64,000 nucleotides of DNA. Source: Chrysomallon squamiferum (taxonomy: Eukaryota > Animalia > Mollusca). A program made the position numbers and the translations under genes. Of this stretch, positions 1 to 20,652 are shown piece after piece. The notes beneath the pieces were generated by a model. That model was given only the letters and a program-made list of their open reading frames with translations, ran no database searches and had not been told where the DNA came from. Where the stretch lies: the NCBI GenBank assembly GCA_012295275.1, contig CM022677.1, forward strand, positions 21,638,001-21,702,000. The letters run 5' to 3'. Position 1 is the first letter of the stretch, and every line of letters starts with the position of its first letter.

Positions 1-299
1 ATTTTATTTACTGGCCACGTGTCGCAGTTAACATCTATCGTAAAATGTTTACTAAGGAAAGGTTTTTGAAAAACGTCCCCGATTTCTGACAGCTGGGTCT
101 ACGTTTGTGTAAGAGAATGCCGGGGATTGAAAGGATCGTTTGTGTTAAATTTGTAAGCACTTCAAATTTATTTAGATTACCATCTGCAATTTTACCAAAT
201 ATTTGAATAAATGTTTACGAACCATTTATGTTTACTGATAACACATCCTTTCGTAAGTTAAATGCAACATTAAAATAATAATAATAATAATAATAATAA

Positions 300-339
<40 letters not shown>

Positions 340-479
340 CATAATAAGCAAAGAAAGAAAGAAGAAAGCAGAAACAATAAAAATAAATAAAAATAGGAAT
401 AAAAATACATTATAGTCGTATATATCTCCACATTTGTTTTTATTTATGTATTTTCTTTAGAACCGTCTTTCATCGTATA

Positions 480-560
<81 letters not shown>

Positions 561-740
561 GATAATCTGTCAAATCTATAATTTAAAATTATATATTCTA
601 ACATATTGCTTCGTAAAACTTTCGAATGCCCCTGAATATACATTTATATAGAGATGGAAGGATGAATGGGTGGGCAGACAGATGCCAGAAACACAGACAG
701 AGACATAACCGGGTAGAGAGATAGATAAAAAGTTGGTCAC

Positions 741-908
<168 letters not shown>

Positions 909-1011
909 AGATGGATGGATGGATGGATATACCGTGAGATGGAGAGCTAAACTATTTTAAGTAATGTCCTTGTAAATCGCTTGATCATAAATGTAAGACA
1001 AACACAAAAAC

Positions 1012-1105
1012 CTGTGCCATGTTTTGATTCTGCTGGTGTTGCAGAAGCCGCTAATTTCGATGTTATCTGCAGCAAATAGACCTGGACTGATTTGCAGAAG
1101 TCCTA

Positions 1106-1171
<66 letters not shown>

Positions 1172-2007
1172 CAAGGTGACAACAAAAAACAACATTAATA
1201 TTAGTAGTACCAATGAAACAACAATAATAACAAAAAGGTTTCATTTTATCACTTCTGCCTTAGTACTGTGTCTTTGATAGTATGTCTTTACTAAATTGTA
1301 TATTACTTCTATGTCTTTACTAACTTCTATATTAGTATATATGACATTTAATCACTTGTATGACACTATGTATGTCTAGTGACTTGTAGGTCAATATGTA
1401 TGTCATTGATAACTCGTTTATCAGTATTTGTATATTTTTTAATCCCTGGTATGTAAATGTGCATGTTTAAAAGCTAGTAATCTTTCATACATTGTATATC
1501 AGTATACATTACCACTGCTTCCAACCTGGTAGTAGGAATCTTTTTCGGAGAAACCCAGCGACATCCGTCTTTTGTAGGAACGAAGCCATCCGTGCAGCGT
1601 TCTGCGTCTACATCACCAAAATATTTTTAGTTTACAAAAAAAGTAGCTACGCAGTTACAGAGACAGAGTGATGGTTAAATGAAAACACCTATAGAGAAAC
1701 AAACATTCTATATGTGGGTTTGTCCATGTATCTGTTTCTCTGTCTATCTATCTATGTAATCTACCTATCTATCTTTCTATCTATATATCTATCTATATAT
1801 CTATCTATCTATATATATATATACACACACACTCATCTTGTACACACATATACGCACATACGCACACACGCACACACTCGCATATATATATAACGACAAC
1901 AAGACTGACAAAGAGATTCCGCTTTGGGACATAAAAGCTGCTAAACACTTACTTGCATCATTGCAGATAGAAGAAAGAAGAACACAGAGAAAATAAATGA
2001 TCTTCAT
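1012..2007 (-). CDS. C-type lectin (perlucin-like) copy A, exons 1-3; exon 4 lies beyond the left window edge
   Basis: Exons 2007-1953 (MKIIYFLCVLLSSICNDA), 1607-1513 (NAERCTDGFVPTKDGCRWVSPKKIPTTRLEAV) and 1102-1012 (DFCKSVQVYLLQITSKLAASATPAESKHGT). All are GT-AG with phases 1/0/1 as in copies B-G. Bases ~115-270 match intron 3 of copy E (~30165-30330). Confidence 0.8.
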
Positions 2008-2743
2008 TTCTTCCTGGTTTTGCAAGAATTTTTAAACGGTAAAACTTTAACAGATGCAGACACCAACTCTCGACTGGTTTAGGAAATGTTCTGATAATTT
2101 CTTCCAGTCAGTGAACAAATATATTTTTCAGTTTTAAAAATAGTTGGCTGGTTATAATAATTCATCATTATAGTAATTTATCATAATAGTATATTGTTAT
2201 GGGAAACTTGCAGTGTAATGTAGTTTATACAGATCTGTTATTTTATGGTACAAAAGAAAAAAGTACGAAACATACAATGGCGATAATTATGTTGAAGCTG
2301 ATAACGATGATGATGAAATAGAGATCTGCGTACAGAGAAAGATAATTATTATGATGATGATAAGAGTAATGATCATGATAATGATAATAATTGTTAAAAT
2401 AATTCTGATGATGACCATTTTCTTTTCTGTTCCACAGATTCAATGTATATCCGTCTGTCTGTCTGTGTTTGTTCTTTTCTTTCTATGCATCTGTTTAGCT
2501 ATCTGTTCTTCTACATTTTCATCAAAAGGCTACATGTACAATACTTACAGATTCTCACGTACTTTATTCCATATAATAATCAAAAGTACATAATAAATAA
2601 AAACTGGACATACAAATGTCAGCATTATATATATTCTGAATTTTGAAAGGTGTTTCAGATATCTAGTTAGTAAAAATCACAAAATATTATATTAATATAG
2701 TTATGTAAAAATGTGTGCATGTGTATGTGTGTGCGTGTGTAAT

Positions 2744-2920
<177 letters not shown>

Positions 2921-3559
2921 ACCCTGAGAAACTGGTCTTTGACTAACCCCGATTATGTGTACCCCATGTTTTATCTGATAAGGTTGGGGTGAAATATTTT
3001 TCTTTTTTTTTCTTTCTCTCTTCATTTTTTTTTCAGGTGTTTTTTTATAAATATTTTTTATTTATTTATTTTTTAATTAATTGATTTCATTTATTGTTGT
3101 TTCTGTGTATGTGTGTATGTGTGTGTGTGTGTGTGTGTGAGTTATTGTCAAAGTGTAACCACAACAGGAAAATAGTGCACAAAATCGCTGAAGAAATACA
3201 ACTGAGTTCACTCAAATTAATTAGAATATTATAAACTGATGATTTTAAAACCTAATCCAGTGAGGAAAAAATACATGTTCACCATTTCCAGATAATTCTT
3301 TTTTGTATTAGTAAAATAAATGTGTTTTGTATTTTATGACCAACGTAAGTTTTATTCATGTACATCCAAATGACCAATTTTATGTCTCATTTTATAATCA
3401 CACCAGGGTGTTCATGATTGCAAATGAACTTAGTTTTATTATTCTATTTCCATGCCATTGTAATATACTAAAATATTCACGTTTATAATGTATGTCACCT
3501 GTAAAAATAGCTAAGCCTTTTGTTGAATGTGTGCGCGTGAGTCTCTGTGAATGTGTTTA

Positions 3560-3614
<55 letters not shown>

Positions 3615-5599
3615 TAGAGAGAAAGATAGAGAGAGGCAGCAGGGAGGGAGGCTTCCTGCAGATTTTACTTCATTAATTTTATATTTATTATTATTCTTGT
3701 CTTTTAGATAAGTATCAAAGTTACATCCGAATGAAATAACAACCCTTAACCAAAAAAGAAAAAAAAAAAAAAAGAATGAGGTTATTTCAGATAGTCCTAG
3801 GAGTCACATCATTTTACTTCCTTTCAATTCATTTAATTATTTATTTATTTATTTATTTGTTTATTCAAAAATATTATTGCAAGTTTAAAATGTCGATACA
3901 TTTTGTTTGGTTTTTGCCTAGTGATTTTCTGCACTGTTTTTCTCTTGTGATTATAAGCTGACAATAATCTTAGCTTTTTTAATCTTCGATGCCGATTAAA
4001 GTAATTAACTTGCTTTTCAGAATTATATCTACATTAAAAATTGCAATTAAGAAAGAAACCTATAAATAGATAACTGTGACTGGAGAAAGCAGGCTGCTAG
4101 TAATCATGAAAAACACAATGAGAATAAATCTTTTGTTGAATAATTTGATCACTTATTGTACGAGGCTGTAAACAATATTTTATTAAAGGCCTGTCTTATT
4201 GAAACAGAATGTCGATGTATAAACGTATATTTTTAACTCTATATTTATAATGGTTTCCTTATGTGTTATTATCTTATTTGCCTTTGCAAAAGCTCACCTC
4301 GGCGTAATGTTCTAAAGGGAGACAGAATACAAGTAAATTTCAGATATTTCTTGAAAACTTAGATGATTCGCTAATATATTCTAGATATTTTAAATGCTTT
4401 TTTTTTTATCTATATTCTTAAAATCTTAGACGCTTATACAAATACATTTTGGAAATGATATAGAGTCGTTTTATTTTTCTCGTCTCAAACTGTAAGATGA
4501 TATGTCAGTTTTGGATATATTACATCTCGTTTTTCTATCAAAATTCTTTTTTTTTTTTTTAAAATATAAGATGGTATTTCAAGAATATTTTAGATATTAT
4601 AAAATGGTGGTTTTACATCAACCGTTTCAAAACGTAAGGTGATGACATAAATGCAGTTTGGATATTTTCAGATGTCGATTCCACTCTGTCGTCGTAAAGT
4701 GTATGACGGTGCAACAAACACATATAATGCACATTTTAAGTGGTTTTTTTTATATATATATCATCTTGAAATATAACTTAGTTCACACAAATTCATTAGA
4801 ATATTATAAAGTTTAGCTTTTGAAACCTAACGTATTGATGAGAAAATGCGTTTTGACCATTTCCAGATAATTCTTTTTATGTATTAGTAAAATAAATGTG
4901 TTTGTATTTTATGGCCAATATTAGTTTTATGCATGTACATCCAAATGACCATTTTTATGTTTCATTTTAAAACCACACCAGTATGTTCATTACAAATGAA
5001 CTTAGTTTTATTATCCTATTTCCATGAAATAGTAATGTTTTATAACAGTCTTGATAATAAAGCTTGTGAAAAATGCACTGTGGTTTTTGCTGAGCCTTTT
5101 ATTGTGTGTGTTCGTGTGTGTGTGTGTGCGTTTGTGCGTGTGTGTATGTGTGTGAATGTGTGTGTATGTGTGTGAATGTGTGTGTATGTGTGTGCATGTG
5201 TGTGTATGTGTGTGTGCGTGTGTGCATGTGTGTGATAGAGAGAAAGATAGAGAGGAGGAGCAGGCAGGGGGAGGGAGGCTTACTACAGGTTTCACTTCAT
5301 TCGTTGTTTTTTTGGGTTTTTTTTTTTGTTTTTAGCTTAGTTTCAAAGCCTTACATCTGAATGAACTATGCAGCCCTTAACCAAAACAAGAATATTAAAT
5401 ATTAATCAATGAAAACAAATCAGTTAAATTGACCTAAAGTAATTACTGACGAAGTGATTTCAGATCATACAGGCAGTAGGAAACGCCACATCATTTTACT
5501 TCATTTCACTGCATTGTTTATTTAATTGCTTTGTTTATTTAATTTGTACACATTATTTCGTTCACACAGCATTTCTGAATGTAGCCAGCAGTAACACGT

Positions 5600-6450
5600 T
5601 GTCACGGCGTCAACGTCTTTACTTTAACGACAACAGACGGGATCTGTTTTACCTCAACCATGAATGCTGCCCAGACCACGAGGTTGTCACCGCAGTATCG
5701 TTCACCACGTCGCCTCCACACACGTCGCCTACCATCCGCAAAGTGAACACGAAAGCTGGATTTGTCTGTGAGTGATGTCTGATCCCATTGTCTGCGTCAC
5801 CACTGTTGGTGAATTCTGGCACATCTCGGACTTTGCTGAATGTGACGCGCTGTCAGGTGAACATCAAAAACGGGGAGACGAGCTTGTAATCCAGGAGAAT
5901 GGAGACTGAATACTTTGAGACGGTTGCGGACAGTTTGAGCATGAAATCTTGCGGCTCTAGTTTGCTGCAAAGTACGGGCTAAACGTGGAGCACATTCGGA
6001 CCTTTGACGTCAAAATGACGTCACTGAATACTTGGAGACGGTTGCGGACAGTTTGAGCATGAAATCTTGTGGCTCTAGTTTGCTGCAAAGTACGGGCTAA
6101 ACGTGGAGCACATTCGGACCTGTGACGTCAAAATGACGTCACTGAATACGTATCTTCCCTTGGAGTGATTAGTCATTGTTTTCTCGCCCTGGCCTTGTGT
6201 ACGCGTTGTCGGAGTCGTGATGTGGTAACGTCATCAACACGAAAGTACTGACTGACGTCGTGTACGCGTTGGCCGACGTTAATCCGCACCATTGCTTCAT
6301 ACCGTTGATTTTCCGTTAAGCCTGGACGGCGACCCGTTATAACAGGGTAAATTCTCCCTTTTGCTTTAGGATAATCCTTTTTCAGAACATCTGCAACAGC
6401 AACAGCACAGAGCGTTTGCACGTGCAGTAAACCCATCGGTGAGCTATGTG
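5600..6450 (-). mobile_element. Degenerate Tc1/mariner transposase relic
   Basis: Minus-strand translation gives GRRPGLTENQRYEAMVRINVGQRVHDVSQYFRV..TTSRLRQR (HTH), ITPREDTY..AQTVRNRL, and LTDKSSFRVHFADGRRRVWRRRGERY..VVWAAF (cf. Tc1 FSDESRF, DGRxRVWRR and VMVWG motifs). It carries stops and an internal 118-bp duplication (5905-6140). Confidence 0.85.
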
Positions 6451-6773
6451 ACAAATGCTGTTATTTTCATGGCACATGACACTAACACATCCATCACTTT
6501 ATCTGGAAGCAGCAGTCGTCTCTATAAATTAGCTAATCTTCTTGTTAAGTGTATACAAATATATGTCCTGAAATTCATCTCTACCAAAAATTTTACTGCT
6601 AACAATATTTTTAATTCAGAAACATTTTCTCCGCTGGAGAAACTATTCTGGTTTTTGACAAGGACCATTACTGAAATTGAATAAAAAAAAAAAAAAAAAA
6701 GACTAGTGCAGCATTAGTTTTTAATCATAGTTTATTTCTTTTGTTGTTAAACAAAAATCTCAGACAAATCTCT

Positions 6774-9714
<2,941 letters not shown>

Positions 9715-9943
9715 TTCTTCCTGATTTTTGCAATAACTTGTAAACGGTAAAACTTTAACAGACACAGAGACAAACTCTCGACTGCTTTAAGAAATGTTCT
9801 GACTGTTTCCTGCAATCGCACTCAGATAGAGTTACCTCGAATGAATAAATACACTCTTCAGCTTTAAAAACAGTTGGCTGCTTGTATTAATTTATCGTAA
9901 TGATATATTGTTAAGGCACACAAGCATTGACAGTTTAATGTAG

Positions 9944-9949
9944 TTTATA
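9944..9949 (-). promoter_or_regulatory. Candidate TATA box of lectin copy B (conserved in paralogues)
   Basis: TATAAA about 220-235 bp upstream of the ATG within a conserved block in A (2224), B, C, D, E (32121) and F; G has AATAAA at this position. TSS unknown. Confidence 0.35.
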
Positions 9950-10133
9950 CAGTTTGTTCTTTTATGGTATATTTTTTCAGTCGTCTTGAATAACATTAAA
10001 AAAAAGTAATAATAATAAAACGAATATTCAGGATTATAAAGAAATAGCCATGATAACTCAGTGGCTCAAAAAAACATTAATGTAGCATGTTTATTTTATG
10101 AAAAACAAAATAAAGTGAAAACAGTAAAAAACA

Positions 10134-10173
<40 letters not shown>

Positions 10174-11319
10174 GTAATAATAATAATAACAACATTATTT
10201 AGGTGAAAAAACAACAAACAAACAAACTGAAAAAAACCTCCAATAACCCCAGAACAAATGACGCAGAAATTATAAAAGGATTCTTTACATATTCTTTACA
10301 TATATTTTTAAAATAAATATAGAGTATATATTCACTTAATAAGAATGTTTGAGTGTTTGTCAGTGTGTTCGCAAAAATATTTGACACGAGAGTCTAACAT
10401 GGCTATCTGTCTGACTTTGCTAGGGTCCTAGATCGGCGATGTCCCCGACGTTGGCGACATGCATGCACGTCAACGGCGTCCACATGTCAGCGGTGTTGAT
10501 GACGTCCGCAACGCCCATCTAACGTATTCGGTCAAAAAGAGTGCAGATTGTAGTCACTCGCACATAAGACAGACAACAGTGATTCTTAAATACGTACCTA
10601 ACAATGCCTGGTTTCCCACGAAAACAAAACGGACTTAAAAAAAGACGAAAGACCAAGAAAGGAGAGCAATAACAATAACAATAATAATAATTATAAAATT
10701 AATTGTAATATTGATAAAGAAGAAGTAGCTGCAAAAAAGAATAATTAAAAATTACAATAATACAAGTAGTAGCAAAACAGCAAGACCAGTACTACTACTG
10801 CATCTACGAATAATAACAACTACATCAAGAGTAGTAATAATAATACCAAATATAACAATAACAGCACAAACAACAACACCAGTACTACTATTGCATCTAC
10901 GAATAATAACAACTACATCAAGAGTAGTAATAATATACCAAATATAACAATAACAGCACAAACAACAACAATAACAATAATAAGCAACGATAACAATAAT
11001 AATAATTACAACAACACTAGTAATAGCAACGAAACACAATGAGCAACAACTTTAATCAGCTTGTCTTTAATCAACTGTATATTAGAACAATATATTTACT
11101 AACTTGTATATGAATAGTTTATCTTTAATAACTGTTATAATATTATATATCTCTACAGTGACTTGTGTATATCAGCATGTATATCTAATAATTATATATT
11201 AATATTTATGTCTTTAATAACTCGTATGTCAGTATTCGTATTTGTTTAATAACTGGAAAGTAAGTGAGTATCTTTGAAAGCTGAAATTCTGTCATAAATT
11301 ATATTTCGGTATGCATTAC

Positions 11320-11414
11320 CATTGCTTCGATCGAGCTAGCGGAAACCTTATTTGGAGAAATCGAGTAACAGTTGTTGTATAAAGGAACGAAGACATCACT
11401 ACAATGGTGTGCAT
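11320..11414 (-). pseudogene. Orphan C-type lectin exon 2 (splice sites intact, both conserved Trp changed to Ser)
   Basis: 95-nt AG..GT exon reading AHHCSDVFVPLYNNCYSISPNKVSASSIEAM. It is flanked by intron-1-like and intron-2-like sequence, with no exon 1, 3 or 4 of its own. Confidence 0.8.
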
Positions 11415-11517
11415 CTACATTGCCAAAATATTACTTTTTTAAAACAATAGTAGATACCCAGTTACAAAGAGATACAGATGGACAGGGAAACAAATATTTT
11501 GTATATGTAGTGTTTGT

Positions 11518-11577
<60 letters not shown>

Positions 11578-11605
11578 GGACACTGACACACATACACGCA
11601 CATAC

Positions 11606-11637
<32 letters not shown>

Positions 11638-13536
11638 GTATATGTATATGTGTGTATGTGTGTGTATGTGTGTGAGTGTCCGTGTGTGTGTGTGTGAGAG
11701 TGTGTTATTGTCAAACTGTAATCACAGCGTTAAAACAGTGCAGACAATCGCTGAACAAAATACATGCAAAATGTACAGGTATTTTAATCCTCCAGTGATA
11801 TATTTAAATAAAGAAAAATAAGAAATAATGAATTTATGAAAAAATGAAATTATGAAATAATGAAATAAATAAATTATGAAATAATGAAACGAGTTCAAAT
11901 GAAGTAAAATGATCATGTGAAATCATCTCCTCCAAAATTATTTTAGAGACATTTAATTACTTTCTTTTGACTTACAAATATTTACTCTTCTAGTTTTGGT
12001 TAAGGGCTGTTATTTCATTCGAATGTAACTTTGAAACTTATCTAAAAAATAACAATAATAATAAAAATAAAATTAACGAAGTAAAATCTGTAGGATGCCT
12101 CCCTCCCCCTGCATGCCTGCTCCCCCTCTCTATCACACACACACACATACACACACATACACACGTATACACATACATACACACACATTCACACACACAT
12201 TACACACACAAACACACACATACACACACAGACAAACATACACACACACACAAACACACACAAACACACACATACACACACACGCACACACAGACAAACA
12301 CACACCCAGAAACACATACACACACAAACGCACACACAGACAAACACGCGCACGCACACACACAATAAAAGGCTCAGCAATTTCTATACAGTATATTTTT
12401 TAAATACCTCATAACCGTGAATATTATAATATATCACTATTGTATGGAAAGAGGATAATACAACTAAGTTCATTTGTAATGAAAACCCTGGAGCGGTTAT
12501 AAAATGAGACATAAAAATGGTCATTTGAATGTACATGAATAAAACTTACGTTGGTCATAAAATACATTTATTTTGAAAAAGAATTATGTGGAAATGGTCA
12601 AAACGCATTTTCTTTTCACTACGCTAGGTTTTAAAAGCATCACTTATATAATATTCTAATGACTTTGTGTGAACTAAGTTATGCTGCATTAATTTTATTT
12701 TTATTATTATTGAATTGTGATAGAAAAAGATTACATTTTAAATCGGTAAATATAAGATCGTCATTTTATAATATCTAAAATTTACTAGTATCACCATCTT
12801 ATATTTTAGAAAAGGAATAGTGATAGAAAAAGTAGATTTAAAATATCCAAAATCTATTTGTGTAAGCATCTCACCTTTTAAGAAAATAGATAAACAAACA
12901 AAATTTAAAATACCCCGAATGTACGTGCGTATCTTCTAACATTTCAAGACGTTAGATTTAAAGCCACATTTAACGATATCCAAAATGTACATTCCAAATG
13001 TAGCTGCGTACCATGTCACATCTTGCAAGATACAAAACACCAGTTTTAACCAAAATTTATTTGTATAACCACAGGATGCATCAACATATCTGAAATTTAC
13101 TTGTATACTGTCGTACACTTTAAGACGATAGACATAAAAACAATATTTTTAATTTCTAAATATTTACTAGTATAACCATTTTACTTTTCTAGAAGAAAAT
13201 AATGAAACCACATTTTAAAAATATAAAATGTACTTTTTTTATCATGTTAGTGACCCTTGATTTTGATATTGGCTATTGCTAATCAGGATGAACTAGTTAA
13301 GCAGTCAAGCTTAAGATTGGGTAAAGTATTCTCAACTTCTCAAACAATAGGATAAATATGTCTTGGTACACTTTTGAAAAACATATTGTAACACTATGTA
13401 TTAGAAATGCTAAAGAGGTTGAAAGGACAAACTCAATATATAGAGTGCTATTTCAAATAGTTGCTACAAATTAACCAGTCTTTGACACCCTGCACATTTC
13501 AAAACATACTTATGATTAAGTACCTGACGCTTCCAA

Positions 13537-13800
13537 ATGGAAGAGACAGAGTTTAACAGGGTCTTGTTCTGTGTAACTGAAGGTAAATACCCTGAGGATT
13601 TCTCCAAACAGCAGAAAAAAACACTTCATGACGTTGATTTTCCGTTAAGCCTGGACGGCGACCTATTATAACAGGGCACATTCTCACTTTTGCTTTAGGA
13701 TAATCCTGTTTCAGAACATCTGCAACAGCAACAGCACAGAGCGTTTGCACGTGCAGTGAACCCAGAGGTGACCTATGTGACAAATGTTGTTGTTTACATG
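13537..13800. mobile_element. Fused relics: Ginger/GIN-like integrase 5' end (+, 13537-13627) joined to Tc1 5' end (-)
   Basis: Left part matches 27288/35094 and right part matches 6295-6480; they join at a shared CTTC (13624-13627). Confidence 0.75.
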
Positions 13801-14083
13801 GCATATGAAACTAACACATTCATCACTTTATTTGGAAGCACCTCTCGTCTCTATGAATTAGCTAATCTTCTTGTTAAGTATACACAAGCATGTCCTGAAA
13901 TTCATCTCTACCAAACATTTTGCTGCTAACAATATTTTTAATTCAGAAACACTTTCTCCGCTGGAGAAACTATTCTGGTTTTCACAAGGACCATTCCTGA
14001 AATTGTATAAAAAGACTAGTGCAGCATTAGTTTTTAATCATAATTTATTTCTTGTCGTTAAACAAAATCGCAGACAAAACTCT

Positions 14084-16844
<2,761 letters not shown>

Positions 16845-17543
16845 TTCTTCCTGATTTTTGCAATAACTTGTAAACGGTAAAACTTTAACAGACACAGAGA
16901 CAAACTCTCGACTGGTTTAGGAAATGTTCTGACTGTTTCCTGCAATCGCACTCAGATAGAGTTACCTCGAATGAATAAATACACTCTTCAGCTTTAAAAA
17001 CAGTTGGCTGCTTGTATTCATTTATCATAATGATATATTGTTAAGGCACACGAACATTGACAGTTCGTTGTAGTTTTATAGCCTTGTTCTTTTATGGTAT
17101 ATTTTTTCAGTCGTCTTGAATAACATTACAAAAAATAATAATAATAAAACGAATATTCAGGATTATAAAGAATGTGATACCATAGTACAACTCGGTGGTT
17201 TACAAAAACATTAATGTAGCATGTTTATTTTATAAAAATAGTTTCATTTTCCCTGAAAAACAAAATAAAGTGAAAACAGTAGAAAACAAATAATAATAAT
17301 AATAAAAAAAACATTATTTAGCTAAAAAAACAAACAATAAACAAACAAACTGAAAAGGACCCTCCAATAACCGAGAAAAAATGACGCAGAAATTAAAAAA
17401 GGATTCTTTACATATATTTTTTTAAGAAATATAGAGTATATATTCACTTAATAACAGGCAGATCAGGACAGATAGTACTGTATGACAAATACAGACACAA
17501 ACCTACACACACATAGACAGATTTAAATACATATATATATATA

Positions 17544-17611
<68 letters not shown>

Positions 17612-18250
17612 CTTAATAACAGGCAGATCAGGACAGATAGTACTGTATGACAAATACATACACAAACCTACACACACATAGACAGAATTAAATATATATA
17701 TATATATTCACATATACATATGGCCGTTAACAGTATGTTTAGTACTCTTTGTCGTGATCTGCATATATATGTATACATATATATATGTATTCAATTCTGT
17801 CTATGTGTGTAGGTTGTGTCTGTATTTGTGATGGTGACCCATGAGACCCCAGGCCTAGTCCCCAGGGAGACTGACTTAACATGACACCGAATACTTCTTC
17901 TTGTACACAAATACAAAGAATGTTTGAGTGTTTGTCAGTGTGTTCGCAAACATATTTGACACGAGAGTCTAACACGCTTATCTGTCTGACTTTGCTAGGC
18001 TCCAAGATCGGCGACGTCCCCGACGTTGGGGACATGCACGTCAACGACGTCCACATGTCGGCGGTGTTGATGACGACCACAACGCCCATCTAACGTATTC
18101 GGTCAAAAAGAGTGCAGATTGTAGTCACTCGCACATAAGACAGACAACAGTGATTCTTAAATACGTACCTAACACTGCCAGGTTTCCCACGAAAACAAAA
18201 CGGACTTAAAAAAAGACGAAAGACCAAGAAAGGAGAGCAATAACAATAAC

Positions 18251-18291
<41 letters not shown>

Positions 18292-18886
18292 TAATAATGA
18301 TAAAATTAATTGTAATATTGATATCGAAGAAGTAGCTGAAAAAAGAATAATTAAAAATTACAATAATACAAGTAGTAGCAAAACAACAAGACCAGTTCTA
18401 CTACTGCAACTACGAATAATAACAACTACATCAAGAGTAGTAATAATAATACCAAATATAACAATAACAGAACAAACAACAACACCAGTACTACTACTTC
18501 ATCTACGAATAATAACAACCACATCAAGAGTAGTAATAATAATACCAAATATAACAATAACAGAACAAACAACAACAATAACAATAATAAGCAACAAATA
18601 ACAATAATAATAATTACAATAATACTAGTAGTAGCAACGAAACACAATGAGCAACAACTATGTCTTTAATCAACTGTATACTAGAACAATATGTTTAGTA
18701 ACTTTTACATTAATATGTGTCTCTTCGGTGACTTGTATATACAGAATGTATATCTAGTAACTTACAGATTAATATGTATGTCTTTAACTCATATGTCAGT
18801 ATTCGTGTCTGTTTAATAACTGGTAAGTAAGTGAATATCTTTAAAAGTTAAAATTCTCTCATAAATTATAAGTCGGTATATATTAC

Positions 18887-18915
18887 TACTGCTTCGATCG
18901 ATCCAATGGTGTACA
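18887..18915 (-). pseudogene. Internally deleted orphan lectin exon 2
   Basis: The 3' end (GATCGATCGAAGCAGTA|gtaat) is joined directly to the 5' end (ATGTACACCA); same position in the repeat unit as 11320. Confidence 0.65.
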
Positions 18916-20652
18916 TATTAGTTCTTTACACAAATGTAGATACGCAGTTACAAAGATATATAGATGGATAGAGAAACAAATATTTTGTATATATAATGTG
19001 TGTGTGTGTTATTATAAAACAGTAAAATAGTGCAGAAAATGTCTGAACAAAGTTCATGAAAAATGTATAGATATTTTAAACTTGCAATGATATATTTAAA
19101 TAAATAAATTAATAATGAAATTATGAAATAATGAAATAATGAAATTATGAAATAATGAAACGAGTTCAAATGACGTAAAATGATCATGTGAAAGCATCTC
19201 CTCAAAAATTATTTTAGAGACATTTAATTAATTTCTTTTGACTTACAAATATTTATTCTTCTAGTTTTGGTTAAGGGCTGTTATTTCATTCAGATATAAC
19301 GTTGAAACTTATCTAAAAGATAAAAATAATAACAAAAATAAAATTAATGAAGTAAAACCTGTAGGAAGCCTCCCTCCCTCTGCCTGCCTGCCTGCTCCCC
19401 CTCTCTATCTTTCTCTCTATCACACACACGGACACACGCGCACACACACATACACAGACGCGCGCACGCACACACACACAATAAAAGGCTCAGCAATTTC
19501 TATACAGTGTGTTTTTTAAATACCTCATAATCGTGAATATTACAATATATCACTATTGTATGGAAAGAGGATAGTAAAACCAAGTTCATTTGTAATGAAC
19601 ACACTGGAGCGGTTATAAAATGAGACATAAAAGTGGTCATTTGAATGTACATGAATAAAACTTACGTTGGTCATAAAATACATTTATTTTGAAAAAGAAT
19701 TATGTGGAAATGGTCAAAACGCATTTTCTTTTCACTACGCTAGGTTTTAAAAGCATCACTTATATAATATTCTAATGACTTTGTGTGAACTAAGTTATGC
19801 TGCATTAATTTTATTTTTATTATTATTGAATTGTGATAGAAAAAGATTACATTTTAAATCGGTAAATATAAGATCGTCATTTTATAATATCTAAAATTTA
19901 CTAGTATCACCATCTTATATTTTAGAAAAGGAATAGTGATAGAAAAAGTAGATTTAAAATATCCAAAATCTATTTGTGTACGCATCTCACCTTTTAAGAA
20001 AATAGATAAACAAACAAAATTTAAAATACCCCGAATGTACGTGCGTATCTTCTAACATTTCAAGACGTTAGATTTAAAGCCACATTTAACGATATCCAAA
20101 ATGTACATTCCAAATGTAGCTGCGTACCATGTCACATCTTGCAAGATACAAAACACCAGTTTTAACCAAAATTTATTTGTATAACCACAGGATGCATCAA
20201 CATATCTGAAATTTACTTGTATACTGTCGTACACTTTAAGACGATAGACATAAAAACAATATTTTTAATTTCTAAATATTTACTAGTATAACCATTTTAC
20301 TTTTCTAGAAGAAAATAATGAAACCACATTTTAAAAATATAAAATGTACTTTTTTTATCATGTTAGTGACCCTTGATTTTGATATTGGCTATTGCTAATC
20401 AGGATGAACTAGTTAAGCAGTCAAGCTTAAGATTGGGTAAAGTATTCTCAACTTCTCAAACAATAGGATAAATATGTCTTGGTACACTTTTGAAAAACAT
20501 ATTGTAACACTATGTATTAGAAATGCTAAAGAGGTTGAAAGGACTAACTCAATATATAGAGTGCTATTTCAAATAGTTGCTACAAATTAACCAGTCTTTG
20601 ACACCCTGCACATTTCAAAACATACTTATGATTAAGTACCTGACGCTTCCAA

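Noticed and set aside
9810-9836. GT..AG micro-intron in the lectin 5' region (minus strand gtaactc...ttgcag)
   Set aside because: Only ~26 nt, too short for a spliceosomal intron, and not conserved in E, A or G.
12936-13118. Identical 60-aa ORFs at 12936 and 20052 (also 13553 and 20669)
   Set aside because: Identity reflects the recent segmental duplication. The older copy at ~34540-34640 is disrupted, and the second pair is a TE-fusion read-through.
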